The notes beneath the pieces were generated by a model. The model saw only the letters and a list, made by a program, of their open reading frames with translations. It was not told the origin of the DNA and ran no database searches. This document shows positions 1 to 9,928 of a stretch of 64,000 bases of DNA, piece after piece. The position numbers and the translations under genes were made by a program. How positions within the stretch are numbered: position 1 is the first letter of the stretch; the number at the start of each line of letters is the position of its first letter. This stretch comes from Candidatus Anderseniibacteriota bacterium (GTDB taxonomy: Bacteria; Patescibacteriota; JAUYIX01), in assembly GCA_046350855.1 (NCBI GenBank), contig JAXLZM010000002.1:142103-206102 (forward strand), read 5' to 3'.

Positions 1-627
1 GTTGATGTTGTTGTGGTTGACTCGGTAGCAGCCCTAACCCCGCGCGCCGAGATCGAAGGTGAGATGGGTGAGAGTCACATGGGGTTACAGGCGCGCTTGC
101 TCAGCCAAGCCCTGCGTAAGCTTACCGCTACGATCGCTAAGTCCAACACGACGGTTATCTTTATCAACCAAATCCGCATGAAGATCGGCGTGATCTTTGG
201 TAACCCCGAGACCACGACCGGCGGCATGGCCCTCAAGTTTTATTCTTCGGTCCGGATTGAGGTCCGTCGTCGCGCGCAGCTCAAACTCAACGATGACATC
301 ATTGGTAACCGCGTTAAGGTCAAGATCGTTAAAAATAAAGTAGCGGCGCCCTTCCGCACCGCGGAGTTCGACATTTTGTACAACCACGGGATTAGTCTCG
401 AGGGCGACTTGATCGATAGCGGCATGATCTACGGGGTCGTGACTAAGACTGGCTCGTGGTTTAACTACGGGGACATCAAATTGGGACAGGGTCGCGAAGC
501 GGCCAAACAATTTTTGCGTGATAACGGCAAGATTGCACGTGAGATCGGTAAGCGAATCTGGGCGGTCGTACGGGAGCGCGAGCGCACAGGCCAACCGGTT
601 GGCGTAACGGCGATTAAAGGCCAATAA
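1..627 (+). CDS. recA: RecA recombinase, C-terminal ~205 aa (5' end truncated by window edge)
   Basis: Translation ...[14 protein letters not shown]...[18 protein letters not shown]... matches the RecA core and C-terminal domain; in frame from position 1; stop TAA at 625-627. Confidence 0.9.
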   Translation, partial: VDVVVVDSVAALTPRAEIEGEMGESHMGLQARLLSQALRKLTATIAKSNTTVIFINQIRMKIGVIFGNPETTTGGMALKFYSSVRIEVRRRAQLKLNDDIIGNRVKVKIVKNKVAAPFRTAEFDILYNHGISLEGDLIDSGMIYGVVTKTGSWFNYGDIKLGQGREAAKQFLRDNGKIAREIGKRIWAVVRERERTGQPVGVTAIKGQ

Positions 628-635
628 AAAGCGAC

Positions 636-691
636 GGGCGGGGGTTCCCGGATCCTAGTTGGAGGATCCATTCACCTCCGCCCTTTCGCTT
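636..691 (+). terminator. putative intrinsic terminator after recA
   Basis: GGGCGGGGG (636-644) pairs with CCTCCGCCC (675-683), followed by TTTCGCTT; lies immediately after the recA stop. Confidence 0.45.
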
Positions 692-722
692 ATCACACAG
701 TTGATTGTGGTACAGTAGGCCC

Positions 723-1517
723 ATGTCTAAAAGGAATTCGACCAGGAATGCAACTTCGTCCCGTCGAAAAAAGACTCAGCAGCGTGTCGGTGCCTTTGTT
801 GCCGTTACGTTGATTGTATTTGCCGGCCTGATTACGTTTTATAGCGTTACCGCGCTCAAGGGTAAGCAAGAAAATCGCGTCAACACTGCAGCTGCCAATG
901 AGGCGCAAAACAATGCGGAGTCTAACAATGCGACCCAACCTCTGCTGCCGACCGACGAGCGTATCCTGCTCACGCCGGATGCACTTGCCCAGTACTCGCA
1001 TACGCCCGAGGGTTCACCCATCTGTGACGCGCAATTTGTAAATAGCGCAGCCACAACGAGCGTGACCTATACCAATGCGACGCACGGTTTTAGCGTCGCG
1101 CTACCCTATAATCCAGACTGGGGAACCGAACAGTATCGTCTGGCACCCTTTGATGAGCTGCGTAAACCCATCGATGACGGGACGGGCAAGGTTAAAGCCA
1201 CCACTCAGTATGGGCCAATGGGCGTGGGGGAGGGCTGTGGCTGGTATCGAGGGCTCTCGGTTTCGGTCCGCGAGGCTCGAGATTTGGAGCAGATCAAGGC
1301 CGATCTGCAAAATTATCCGCCTAGCCTGGCGCCCCGTGAGCATGCCTTAGGCAAACTCAAGACCGTCGAGTACGATGTGGGCGCACTGTGTGGCGCGCCT
1401 ACGATTGAGGTTTTGGGGGACACCTATAATTTAGTTTTTGCGCAGCTTTGTGGAACGGACGAGGTCGAAAAAGACATTGTTAAGCTCAGAGAGACCGTTA
1501 AAACGGTCGAGTTATAA
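723..1517 (+). CDS. hypothetical membrane-anchored secreted protein (ORF opens at TTG 705; first ATG at 723)
   Basis: Basic N-terminus then TM helix VGAFVAVTLIVFAGLITFY, followed by an Asn/Ala-rich linker and a Cys-containing globular part; no recognisable family. Confidence 0.5.
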   Translation: MSKRNSTRNATSSRRKKTQQRVGAFVAVTLIVFAGLITFYSVTALKGKQENRVNTAAANEAQNNAESNNATQPLLPTDERILLTPDALAQYSHTPEGSPICDAQFVNSAATTSVTYTNATHGFSVALPYNPDWGTEQYRLAPFDELRKPIDDGTGKVKATTQYGPMGVGEGCGWYRGLSVSVREARDLEQIKADLQNYPPSLAPREHALGKLKTVEYDVGALCGAPTIEVLGDTYNLVFAQLCGTDEVEKDIVKLRETVKTVEL

Positions 1518-1534
1518 CCTTAAACAGCTCCTCC

Positions 1535-1867
1535 CTAGCGTGCCGGCCCAGAGGTAACCCCTGGCAGGCGCGTCAGCGCCTCGATCGAGTCATCCGGTGC
1601 ACTTGTGTTGCGGCCGATTTTGCCGCAGCTGGTGCAACGGTACTCAATGTCGTAGCCCGTGCGCGTAACACAGGTGCCGATGGGTTCCATCGGAGCTTTA
1701 CAGGTCGCGGCGCGGTCGCCGGGTACCTCAGCATCAACGTGGCGCGACCAAAGACATGCAGGGCAGTGGTTGCGTACACTGGAGGGATGTGGGTTCGCGA
1801 CCGCGCCACAGTGCACACAGGTAAATCTAGTGTTGCGGCCCCTCACGATAAAATTGCGCTGAGCCAC
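1535..1867 (-). CDS. RNHCP-domain zinc-ribbon protein
   Basis: Contains the literal RNHCPAC motif plus paired CxxC pairs (CVHC...CPAC...CTSC). Confidence 0.55.
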   Translation of the reverse strand: MAQRNFIVRGRNTRFTCVHCGAVANPHPSSVRNHCPACLWSRHVDAEVPGDRAATCKAPMEPIGTCVTRTGYDIEYRCTSCGKIGRNTSAPDDSIEALTRLPGVTSGPAR

Positions 1868-1910
1868 AATGTTGGATGCTAGCTATCGGTACCCCTAAAG
1901 ACCTAGACGC

Positions 1911-2165
1911 CTAGGCCTGGACGTAGGGGACCAATCCGATAAAGCGCGCCTTTTTGAGCTCGGTCGAAACTTGGCGCTGGTGCTTAGCACAAACCCCTGT
2001 CCGACGGCGCGGCAAGATCTTGGCGTACGAGGACAAGAACTTACGCATCAAGCGCACGTTTTTGTAATCGATAATCGGCGCTTTGTTGTCGTGAAACGGA
2101 CAGGTTTTTGTTTTTTGGCCGAGCGCCCCGGTCGAGGCACCCGTCCCGCTAGTAATGCTGGGCAT
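1911..2165 (-). CDS. rpsR: 30S ribosomal protein S18
   Basis: KTCPFHDNKAPIIDYKNVRLMRKFLS...GVCAKHQRQVSTELKKARFIGLVPY is the typical S18 sequence; sits in the rpsF-ssb-rpsR arrangement. Confidence 0.85.
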   Translation of the reverse strand: MPSITSGTGASTGALGQKTKTCPFHDNKAPIIDYKNVRLMRKFLSSYAKILPRRRTGVCAKHQRQVSTELKKARFIGLVPYVQA

Positions 2166-2707
2166 TAAAATGGAATGTCTTCAATGGTAATAGTTTCGCT
2201 CTCGGCTCCTTTGCCTGCAGACACCGTGGCGGCCGTGACGGTTGGTTTAGCTTTTTTGCTACCTTTGACATCGGCGTCTAGTTCTACCGTGGGGACGGTC
2301 TCGGATGAGGCTGCTTTACCGCCAAATTTTTTGCCGTTGCCAGTAGCGCTACCCGCGCCGGCACCCATACCCTGACCTTGGCCGTAGGACAACATGATCA
2401 TGTTGTCGGCTACGATCTCGGTCCGGTAGCGCTTGACGCCATCTTGACCCTGCCAGTTGCGAGTCTGGAGACGACCCTCAACGTAGACTTTTTTACCCTT
2501 TTGCAGATACTGTGCGCAGATGTCGGCCAGTTTGCGCCAGGCCACGATGTTATGAAATTCCGCCTTTGATTGACGCTGTCCGCTTTGGTCGGTCCAGGTG
2601 AGATTGGTCGCGACCGAAAACGAGCAAACGTTTTGCCCCTGTGGGGTGGTGCGAACTTCGGGGTCCTGTGTGACGTTGCCGATGAGCATTACTTTGTTGA
2701 GATCCAT
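2165..2707 (-). CDS. ssb: single-stranded DNA-binding protein
   Basis: OB-fold N-terminus (MLIGNVTQDPEVRTTPQG...FHNIVAWRKLAD), Gly-rich linker and acidic C-terminal tip EDIPF. Confidence 0.85.
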   Translation of the reverse strand: MDLNKVMLIGNVTQDPEVRTTPQGQNVCSFSVATNLTWTDQSGQRQSKAEFHNIVAWRKLADICAQYLQKGKKVYVEGRLQTRNWQGQDGVKRYRTEIVADNMIMLSYGQGQGMGAGAGSATGNGKKFGGKAASSETVPTVELDADVKGSKKAKPTVTAATVSAGKGAESETITIEDIPF

Positions 2708-2767
2708 GGTGGTGCGGTTAGTGATTGGTTAGTGAACCCAGTATGCAAGGGCTAGATAAAACAAATG

Positions 2768-3250
2768 TTAAATTTTTTCGTCCAAAATTTCGTCGAGAGA
2801 TTTTTTGGGCTCCTCAGATGCCCCCGGCGGACCGCCTGCAGCCGCTTTAGACTTATCAACAGCACCCGCTTTTGCCGGACCTTTGTTGCCATTTTTGTCA
2901 CCCAGTTTGCGATCGTCAAAGACCGGAAGCGTAATAGGCTGTTGGTTTTTTGGCTGCTCAGTAAGCAAAAAGCGAGTCACGTTCTCGGCCACTTCTAGTT
3001 CGGCCGTTAATGGATTGACCTTGCCGGGCTCAACCGAGAGTCGCCACAAGACGTACGTGCCATGGACCTGCCGCTTAATTGGATAGGCCAATTTGATCCG
3101 ACCCCAGACGGATTCTTGCTCGACCTTGGCGCCGTGCTTAGCAAAGAGCTGTTTGAGCTCGGTCAAGGCCGCAGGCACACCGTCTTTGACGTTGTCGGAG
3201 AGAATGAGGAGGAGTTCGTAGGGTTGCATTAGTACGTGTAGGTAAAACAA
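2768..3250 (-). CDS. rpsF: 30S ribosomal protein S6 (true start probably the Met at 3229)
   Basis: MQPYELLLILSDN...HGTYVLWRLSVEP... is S6-like; lies upstream of ssb and rpsR on the same strand. Confidence 0.85.
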   Translation of the reverse strand: MFYLHVLMQPYELLLILSDNVKDGVPAALTELKQLFAKHGAKVEQESVWGRIKLAYPIKRQVHGTYVLWRLSVEPGKVNPLTAELEVAENVTRFLLTEQPKNQQPITLPVFDDRKLGDKNGNKGPAKAGAVDKSKAAAGGPPGASEEPKKSLDEILDEKI

Positions 3251-3327
3251 AAAATTGGGCTGAACATGGGACTCCGCAGAGGGCGTGGGCCCAGGCGGGT
3301 TCAGAGAGAGCCACTCTAACGGGTCGC

Positions 3328-5019
3328 TTGACGGACGTCAAGTCGCTTTGGGCTCGACTGGTCTTTACAGGCTCCAGCCTCACGTGCTCTAGTGGCGCTC
3401 GTATGAAGCGCCTCTCCTCTTTGGCTTTTTTGACCCCATTGAGCTTTGTCTTACTTGCCCTGCTCTATGTCGGGCTGGCCGTAGTACGCCTGCGCTATCC
3501 GGGTTTACATTTTGATGAGTTGCTCCACGTCAACGCCGCATTGGGTGGGTTGGACAACACATTTATATATAAAACGCTTTTTGGAGTGCCGTTTTTACTG
3601 ATGCCCTACATCGGTGCCCTCAAGGCCTGGCTGACCGGCCCACTCTTTGCGCTTTTTGGCGTCTCGGTAGTCTCGATTCGTTTGCCGCTGATTATCGTAA
3701 CCGCCGCTGCGCTGTATCTTCTTGGCAGAACCCTCCAGCGTTGGGTTGGTTTGTGGCCAGCTTTCGCGGTCTGCCTGCTGCTGGCGGTTGATCCGACTTT
3801 TATTGCGCTGACGCGGGCGGATTCTGGGCCGGTCGTGTTGCAATTTGCTCTCACGGTCACTGCCCTGAGTTGCCTGGGGACGTATCTACGTACTCGCCAG
3901 CTACTACCTTTGGTCGGTTTGGTGAGCTCGCTCGGTCTTGGTGTTTTTAATAAGCTCAACTTTATTTGGATCGCCAACGGGTTTGTCGTCGCTTTTGTTC
4001 TGGTCTACGCCCGCTCGCTCTGGGTCCAGCTGCGGGCCAGCACAGGCTCGGTCAACAAAAAGTGGTGGCATGTCTTACTCTTTTTGGGTGGCTACGGCCT
4101 GTCGGCGGCGTACTATCTGCTAGCAAGCTACAAATTTAATCTGTTTGATTTTTTGTCACCCCAAAAGTTTAACTGGTCGGCACGCCTCGCTAATCTCTCC
4201 AGTAGCTTATCCGGCTTGGTGCGGGGTGACCTTTTTTACAACTACGCCTATGGCCAACTACAGTGGAGAGGGGCCAGCATCGTTTTTTGGATCGTAGCTG
4301 CTACGAGTTTGGTTGGTGTGGCGTTACTCCTGAGTAAACGTTTATACAAACGCAGTGAGCGTCAGCTCGGGGTCTTTGCCCTGCTCTTGGTTACTGCGAC
4401 CTTGGCCCAGTTGATCGTCACGCGTAATGCGGTCTGGCCCTGGCACTACGCCACCCTCTATCCAGCACTCCAAATCGTTTTTGTGCTGGGACTGGTCGGC
4501 TACTATCGGCTCTTCCAAAAAACGGGCCTGCATTTTGCAAAACTTGCGAGTCTCCCGCTCTTGCTCCTGACCAGCACATACCTCCTCGGTGATATCGCCT
4601 ACGTTCGAGCCCTAGGACAACCCACCAAAAATGTCTACTGGTCACCGGCTATCTACACTCTCTACGACTACACTCAGCGTCTCGAGGGCCAAGTCGTCTC
4701 GGTCGATTGGGGAACCCACACGCAATTGCTCGGACTCTCGCAGGATCCGGCCAAGTACCACAATGCCAGTTTTTCTCTTAACCGTGATCCGTTGCCGAGC
4801 GATGCCAAGAGACAGTTTAATCAAGACTATTTAGAGCGGAATGTAACTGCGACTGAGTATTTTATTCTGCACACACCCCGGACAACGCTTTTTCCTGCAG
4901 CGCGCAAAAACTTTTTTGCCCTGGCAAGCGCTGCGGGCTACACCCCACGTTTGGTGCACACGGTTGCTGACGGTTCTACCACACTATTTGAGATCTATCA
5001 GCTCAAAAAACTAGGTTAG
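3328..5019 (+). CDS. GT-C fold polytopic membrane glycosyltransferase (ArnT/PMT-like), paralog 1 (first ATG at 3403; ORF opens at TTG 3328)
   Basis: About 12 predicted TM helices, conserved N-terminal ...VRLRYPGLHFDE... loop, large C-terminal soluble domain; paralogous to 10599, 12399, 15664 and 55837. Confidence 0.7.
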   Translation: MTDVKSLWARLVFTGSSLTCSSGARMKRLSSLAFLTPLSFVLLALLYVGLAVVRLRYPGLHFDELLHVNAALGGLDNTFIYKTLFGVPFLLMPYIGALKAWLTGPLFALFGVSVVSIRLPLIIVTAAALYLLGRTLQRWVGLWPAFAVCLLLAVDPTFIALTRADSGPVVLQFALTVTALSCLGTYLRTRQLLPLVGLVSSLGLGVFNKLNFIWIANGFVVAFVLVYARSLWVQLRASTGSVNKKWWHVLLFLGGYGLSAAYYLLASYKFNLFDFLSPQKFNWSARLANLSSSLSGLVRGDLFYNYAYGQLQWRGASIVFWIVAATSLVGVALLLSKRLYKRSERQLGVFALLLVTATLAQLIVTRNAVWPWHYATLYPALQIVFVLGLVGYYRLFQKTGLHFAKLASLPLLLLTSTYLLGDIAYVRALGQPTKNVYWSPAIYTLYDYTQRLEGQVVSVDWGTHTQLLGLSQDPAKYHNASFSLNRDPLPSDAKRQFNQDYLERNVTATEYFILHTPRTTLFPAARKNFFALASAAGYTPRLVHTVADGSTTLFEIYQLKKLG

Positions 5020-5104
5020 CCCTCGATTCTAAGAGCAGCGCGGAGAGGGCGCACAGCATTGCGTAAATCAGCAAAGTGGGGTATACCGATACATCCATTT
5101 TGCG

Positions 5105-7459
5105 ATGACAAAACCATCCAACGGGGCTAGCGAGGCTGTTGCGGCCCCGAGTGCCTCTCACATTGACCCTATTGACCTGCAAGATCCGCTCCGGCTGGAT
5201 GATCGGGTCGTTGCACGTGGGGCCGAACAGTACTACCAAGACCAGGCTGAACTCAACGCCGAGGCGATCCGTTTACAGATGCTCGAGGCGATCAACCAGG
5301 TTGGGCTGGTGCAGCAGGACTACCAAGCCCGCATCGCACGACTCCAGGAGCTCCTCAAGCCCAAGGTTTTTGTCCGTAAGGCCACCAAAAAAATCTTGCG
5401 TGCCGTCAAGCATCGTCTGGTGCGCTATGGTCGCGTCCTGATCGCCCGTCGAGACGCGCTCCAAATCCCACGTTTTACCGATATTTATTTTACGCAGCCC
5501 GCAGAGCCCGTCGTCTCGGTTATTATTCCGGTGTACAACTTGCTGCCGATCACCTTGGCCTGTTTGCGCTCCATCCTACGTCAACCCGAGCGGGTACCGT
5601 TTGAGATTATCGTGGTGGATGACGCCTCGCCCGATCCGTTGGTCCAGTCCGTTCTCAAACGCATCCCGGGCATCACCTACGTGCGCCAGCCCCAAAACGG
5701 CGGCTTTGTGCGCAGCTGTAATGCCGGAGCAAGTCGCGCTCGCGCCCCCATTTTGTATTTTTTGAACAACGACACCGAGGTCTGGTCTAACTGGCTCACC
5801 CCAATCGTACAGCTCTACCAAGACCGGACGGTCGGCGCGGTCGGCTCCAAAATGGTGTATCCCAAGCCGCCCGCGCAAGCCCACTGGACGCTGCAAGAAG
5901 CGGGCGGGATCGTCTTTAAAAGCGGTGAGGCCTGGAACTACGGCCGCACCGACCGCGCCGACCTCTCTCACTACAACTTTATCCGTGACGTAGATTTTTG
6001 TTCGGGGGCGGGCCTCTCGATCCGCCGCGATCTGTTTGAGCGTATTGGTGGGTTCAACTTAGCCTTGGCTCCGGGGTACTACGAGGATGTCGAACTTTGC
6101 TTTGCTGTACGCGACCTTGGGTATCGAGTGCTCTATCAGCCGCTCTCGGTCGTGACGCACTACGAGGGGGCTTCCTCGGCCAGCAAGGTGCTAAACGGTC
6201 AAAAACCAATGAAGGCCTACCAGATCGTCAATGGCCAAAAGTTTAAGCACATGCGGGTAAAAGAACTCACACAGCAGTGGCCTAAAGAGCTAGAAAAATT
6301 GCCCCTCATCGCGCGACGCAAACGCGGGATGCGCATCTGGTTTTTTGAGTGGTTCATCCCTATGTTTGATCGTGATTATGGCTCGGCCCGCACCGTGGCG
6401 CTCCTGCGTGAGCTGGCCCGGCACCATACGGTCACGTTTGTTGCACGTGACATTACCGATAAACCGCGCTACCGCGAGTTTTTGCAGAACCTCGGGGTCG
6501 AGGTGGTCCCGCGTGGGGTCGGCTCTAACCTCACGCACAAGCTAGCGGTTGAGGGTAAGTACATCGACCTGGCCATCGTGGCGCGACCCGATGTGATGCA
6601 CTATTTTTACCACCTGCTTAAACGTTTTGCGCCGCAAGCCCCGATCATTTACGACACGGTTGATATTCATCACATGCGCTTGGAGCGCGAACTGGCGCGT
6701 ACCACCGAGCCGCGCAAGTGTCGCGAAATCCAAGGCCAAATCACACTCTTTAAAACTCTCGAACTCGAGTACGGTCGTCGCTCCGACGCGATTTGGGCCA
6801 TTACACCGGCCGACCAAACCAATCTTTTGCGGTTGCTACCGGGTAAGCAAGTCGATATCGTCTCGGCTGCGCACGAGGCGCATCCAAGTCAGCGTACCTA
6901 CGCTGAGCGCGAGGGGCTGATGTATATCGGCTCGTTTCACCATCCGCCCAACATTGCCTCGATGGAGTTCTACATCAATGAGATCAACCCGCACCTGCAA
7001 CGCTTGGTGCCAGGTTTGACCCTCTCGGTCATCGGTCAAGCCGTGCCCGAGTGGCTCAAGCGCTTGGCCCGCGACAAAGCGGGGGAGACGGTCAAATTTA
7101 TTGGGACGGTCAGTGACGCCGGTCTCGAGCAGGCCTACGAGCGAGCCCGGCTCTTTGTAGCACCCGTGACCTTTGGCTCTGGTCTCAAAGGCAAGGTAGT
7201 CATGGCTATGTCGCGGGGGCTGCCGGTGGTGGCAACTTCGATGGCGGCCGAGGGGATTCCGGCTCGGGATGGTCTCTCAATCGATCTCGCGGACGAACCA
7301 CAACTGTTCGCCCAAAAAATCGCAGCGCTCTATTTAGATAACGCGGTTTGGCAGATGCGCTCGCAAGCCGCGCTCAAGGTGGTGCGTACTCACTACAGCG
7401 AGCAGCATTTTGCGCAAGAAATCAACGACTCATTTGCCAAACTTACCAGCCGACTTTAA
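5105..7459 (+). CDS. bifunctional glycosyltransferase: N-terminal GT2 (GT-A) domain plus C-terminal GT4-like (GT-B) domain
   Basis: VSVIIPVYN...VVDDASPD...NNDTEV (GT2 DxD-type) and C-terminal ...LFVAPVTFGSGLKGKVVMAMSRGLPVVAT... (GT-B, GT4-like). Confidence 0.75.
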   Translation: MTKPSNGASEAVAAPSASHIDPIDLQDPLRLDDRVVARGAEQYYQDQAELNAEAIRLQMLEAINQVGLVQQDYQARIARLQELLKPKVFVRKATKKILRAVKHRLVRYGRVLIARRDALQIPRFTDIYFTQPAEPVVSVIIPVYNLLPITLACLRSILRQPERVPFEIIVVDDASPDPLVQSVLKRIPGITYVRQPQNGGFVRSCNAGASRARAPILYFLNNDTEVWSNWLTPIVQLYQDRTVGAVGSKMVYPKPPAQAHWTLQEAGGIVFKSGEAWNYGRTDRADLSHYNFIRDVDFCSGAGLSIRRDLFERIGGFNLALAPGYYEDVELCFAVRDLGYRVLYQPLSVVTHYEGASSASKVLNGQKPMKAYQIVNGQKFKHMRVKELTQQWPKELEKLPLIARRKRGMRIWFFEWFIPMFDRDYGSARTVALLRELARHHTVTFVARDITDKPRYREFLQNLGVEVVPRGVGSNLTHKLAVEGKYIDLAIVARPDVMHYFYHLLKRFAPQAPIIYDTVDIHHMRLERELARTTEPRKCREIQGQITLFKTLELEYGRRSDAIWAITPADQTNLLRLLPGKQVDIVSAAHEAHPSQRTYAEREGLMYIGSFHHPPNIASMEFYINEINPHLQRLVPGLTLSVIGQAVPEWLKRLARDKAGETVKFIGTVSDAGLEQAYERARLFVAPVTFGSGLKGKVVMAMSRGLPVVATSMAAEGIPARDGLSIDLADEPQLFAQKIAALYLDNAVWQMRSQAALKVVRTHYSEQHFAQEINDSFAKLTSRL

Positions 7460-7471
7460 GCTAGTGCACCC

Positions 7472-8413
7472 ATGAAGCTCATCATCCAGATTCCCTGCTA
7501 CAACGAAGAAAAAACGCTGCCCTTAGTGCTGCGGGATATGCCGCGTGCTATCGCGGGGGTGGACGTGATCGAGACGCAGATCGTGGACGATGGTTCGACC
7601 GACAAAACGATCGAGGTCGCACGCCAACTCGGCGTCACACACATCGTCTCGTATGTAGGCAATAAAGGCCTCGGCAACGCCTTTAAACGCGGGGTCGAAC
7701 ACGCCCTGGCCGCCGGTGCCGACATCCTGGTTAATACGGACGGGGACAACCAGTACAAATCGAGTGACATTCCCCGCTTGGTGATCCCGATCGTGCACCG
7801 CAAAGCTGACATCGTGATCGGTAACCGCCAAACCGCCAAGATCGCGCATTTTTCTCCGCTCAAAAAGTTTTTCCAGTGGCTCGGCTCGAGCGTGACCCAG
7901 TATCTCTCGGGTCTGCGGGTGCCGGATGCGGTCAGTGGCTTTAGAGCCTACTCGCGTGAGTCCCTACTTGAGCTCAACGTCACCTCCGACTTTAGCTACG
8001 TTCTCGACACGATTATCCAGGCCAGTAAAAAGCGGCTTAAGATTGGCTACGTCGACATCGAGACCAACGCGCCAACCCGTCCCTCGCGACTCTTTAAGGG
8101 GATGTTCCAACACATTAAAAAGTCGACCTCCAACTTGCTGCGAGTGTATGCCATGTATGAGCCGCTCCGTACTTTTTCGCTCATCGGCAGCCTATTTTTG
8201 CTCTTGGGACTCTATCCGGTTTTGCGCTTTATCTATTTTTATCTGCAGCAAGAGGGTCAGGGGCACATCCAGTCCCTCATCGTGGGGGCCATGTGTGTGG
8301 TAATCGGCGTGCAATTTTTTGGGCTCGCAATTATAGGCGACTTGATCGCCAAGCAGCGTCGTTTGACCGAGGACTCGCTCTATCGTCTCAAGAAGGCTCA
8401 GTTCGGCAAATAG
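7472..8413 (+). CDS. polyprenyl-phosphate sugar synthase, GtrB/ArnC/Dpm1-like GT2 with C-terminal TM helices
   Basis: MKLIIQIPCYNEEKTL...VDDGSTDKT...NTDGDNQY plus two C-terminal TM helices, as in bactoprenol-phosphate glycosyltransferases. Confidence 0.8.
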   Translation: MKLIIQIPCYNEEKTLPLVLRDMPRAIAGVDVIETQIVDDGSTDKTIEVARQLGVTHIVSYVGNKGLGNAFKRGVEHALAAGADILVNTDGDNQYKSSDIPRLVIPIVHRKADIVIGNRQTAKIAHFSPLKKFFQWLGSSVTQYLSGLRVPDAVSGFRAYSRESLLELNVTSDFSYVLDTIIQASKKRLKIGYVDIETNAPTRPSRLFKGMFQHIKKSTSNLLRVYAMYEPLRTFSLIGSLFLLLGLYPVLRFIYFYLQQEGQGHIQSLIVGAMCVVIGVQFFGLAIIGDLIAKQRRLTEDSLYRLKKAQFGK

Positions 8414-9917
8414 CCATCGTCCACATCCCGGCGCTGCGGGTCTCGACCGTGGCAAAATACTTTTCGAGCAGGTTGCGCAGCTCCTTGGGCGAAAAATTCT
8501 GCACGTGTCCGGGGGTATTACCGAGCGCGCGCCAGTACTTGCCGCGCGCCATGTTGCCGATGCGCCAGATTGGCTCGCGCGGGACGCTCACGATCACGGT
8601 TTTAGCCACGCGGCGTAATTCTTTGGCGGCTTTTTCGGGTTCGTAGAGGTGCTCCATGACCTCGCCACAGAGTGCCACGTCAAAACTCCCGTCCTGAGCT
8701 GGGATCTCTAAAACACTCGCCACATCATACTGGACGCTTGGGTTGAGCTTGCGGGCCTTGTCAATCACTTCTTGCTCCAAATCCAGCCCCCTAATCTTGA
8801 GGTTGAACTGCTCGAGTAATTTTTTATCGACCACTCCCTCGCCGCAGCCGATATCAAGCAAGGTCACGGCCGAACCCTGCGCTGCCGTGCCGGCCACTTC
8901 ACCAACCAAGGTATAGAGGGTCGTAAAATAGCGCCCGACTAGCCAGCGCTCGATTGGATTCTTGGTGCCGTACTTATTAAAAAAGTTACCAGGTACGTTT
9001 TGGACCTTGTCACTTTTGAGCCAGGCCGCGACCCGTCGCAGCCCCAGACTAACTAAGGCAGCCAGGAGTTCTCCCGTAATCCACCAAAAGCGCGAGAGGA
9101 TCGCAGCGAGCACCGCCAACGGCTGACCCAGGGCTGGAGTGAGGAGCACCACCAGGGCCGCCTCACGCACACCCAAACCACCCGGGACGAACACCGCCAA
9201 AAATCCGATGGCCCAGGCTAAGACAAAACTGCCACCCGACAAAATAGGTGCCTCGAGACCGAGACTCTTGAGTAAAAAGAAAAAGCCAAGGCCAATGAGT
9301 AGCCACGCCAGAGCATAATTACTAAACAGCAGGTACAGCTCCCTAAAACGCAATTTGACGGGCGCGGTTATTTTGAACCGCTTAGCAGCGCGCGTAACGA
9401 TAAAACGCAGGACGGGCGGGTAGAGGAGTGCCACTCCAAGTATCGCCAGGCCGATGTATAGGACGATGCCCGTGACATCTGTAGCCAGCGAGGTCGTGGC
9501 GAGTAAGCCAAGGGCCAAAGCCGCCACGCTCATCAAGATGCTCTCGATCACGGTGCTTAATCCGGAATGAAAGTTAGAGACCCCTTTTTGTTTGGCAAGG
9601 TACGAGCGACCGACCGCAAACCAGATGGTACCCGGGACATATTTGCCAAACTGACTCGCGGTCCAGGCAAAGATGCCATCCGAGAGACGAATGTTCTGCC
9701 CGAGGCTTAAGAGCACCTCGCGCCAGTTAAAGGCCAGGATGAGGTAGCCGACTACGAGGAGGACAAGCGATAGGATCAAGGGTAGAGGTGAGAGCTGCAC
9801 TCTCTCCCACGGCACACGCGCAATCGCCTCGAGCGCTTTGACCACAAAAAAGTAGGTCACGACCCCCGCGATGAGGGCAAAAATGACTTGGCGCAAGAGG
9901 CTACCGCGGCGTTGCAT
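8388..9917 (-). CDS. fusion protein: N-terminal flippase-like polytopic membrane domain (MprF/LPG-synthase TM-like) plus C-terminal class I SAM methyltransferase
   Basis: About 8 TM helices in the first ~330 aa; then LLDIGCGEGVV...GLDLEQEVIDKARKL...VALCGEVMEHL, a methyltransferase motif I / post-I pattern. Confidence 0.6.
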   Translation of the reverse strand: MQRRGSLLRQVIFALIAGVVTYFFVVKALEAIARVPWERVQLSPLPLILSLVLLVVGYLILAFNWREVLLSLGQNIRLSDGIFAWTASQFGKYVPGTIWFAVGRSYLAKQKGVSNFHSGLSTVIESILMSVAALALGLLATTSLATDVTGIVLYIGLAILGVALLYPPVLRFIVTRAAKRFKITAPVKLRFRELYLLFSNYALAWLLIGLGFFFLLKSLGLEAPILSGGSFVLAWAIGFLAVFVPGGLGVREAALVVLLTPALGQPLAVLAAILSRFWWITGELLAALVSLGLRRVAAWLKSDKVQNVPGNFFNKYGTKNPIERWLVGRYFTTLYTLVGEVAGTAAQGSAVTLLDIGCGEGVVDKKLLEQFNLKIRGLDLEQEVIDKARKLNPSVQYDVASVLEIPAQDGSFDVALCGEVMEHLYEPEKAAKELRRVAKTVIVSVPREPIWRIGNMARGKYWRALGNTPGHVQNFSPKELRNLLEKYFATVETRSAGMWTMAICRTEPS

Positions 9918-9928
9918 AGGAGAGTGAG

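Noticed and set aside
85-624. 179-aa antisense ORF inside recA, plus other long antisense ORFs (e.g. 34915..35489 and 35473..36171 in uvrA, 21622..22050 in rnj, 26282..26677 in the GH18 gene, 61290..61985 opposite groEL, 40836..41420 opposite the high-GC gene)
   Set aside because: They overlap well-supported genes on the opposite strand, are enriched where GC is high, and have no motifs; shadow ORFs
645-670. Paired GGATCC palindromes inside the recA terminator loop
   Set aside because: Self-complementary hexamers that simply extend the terminator stem; no evidence of a restriction-modification or binding role
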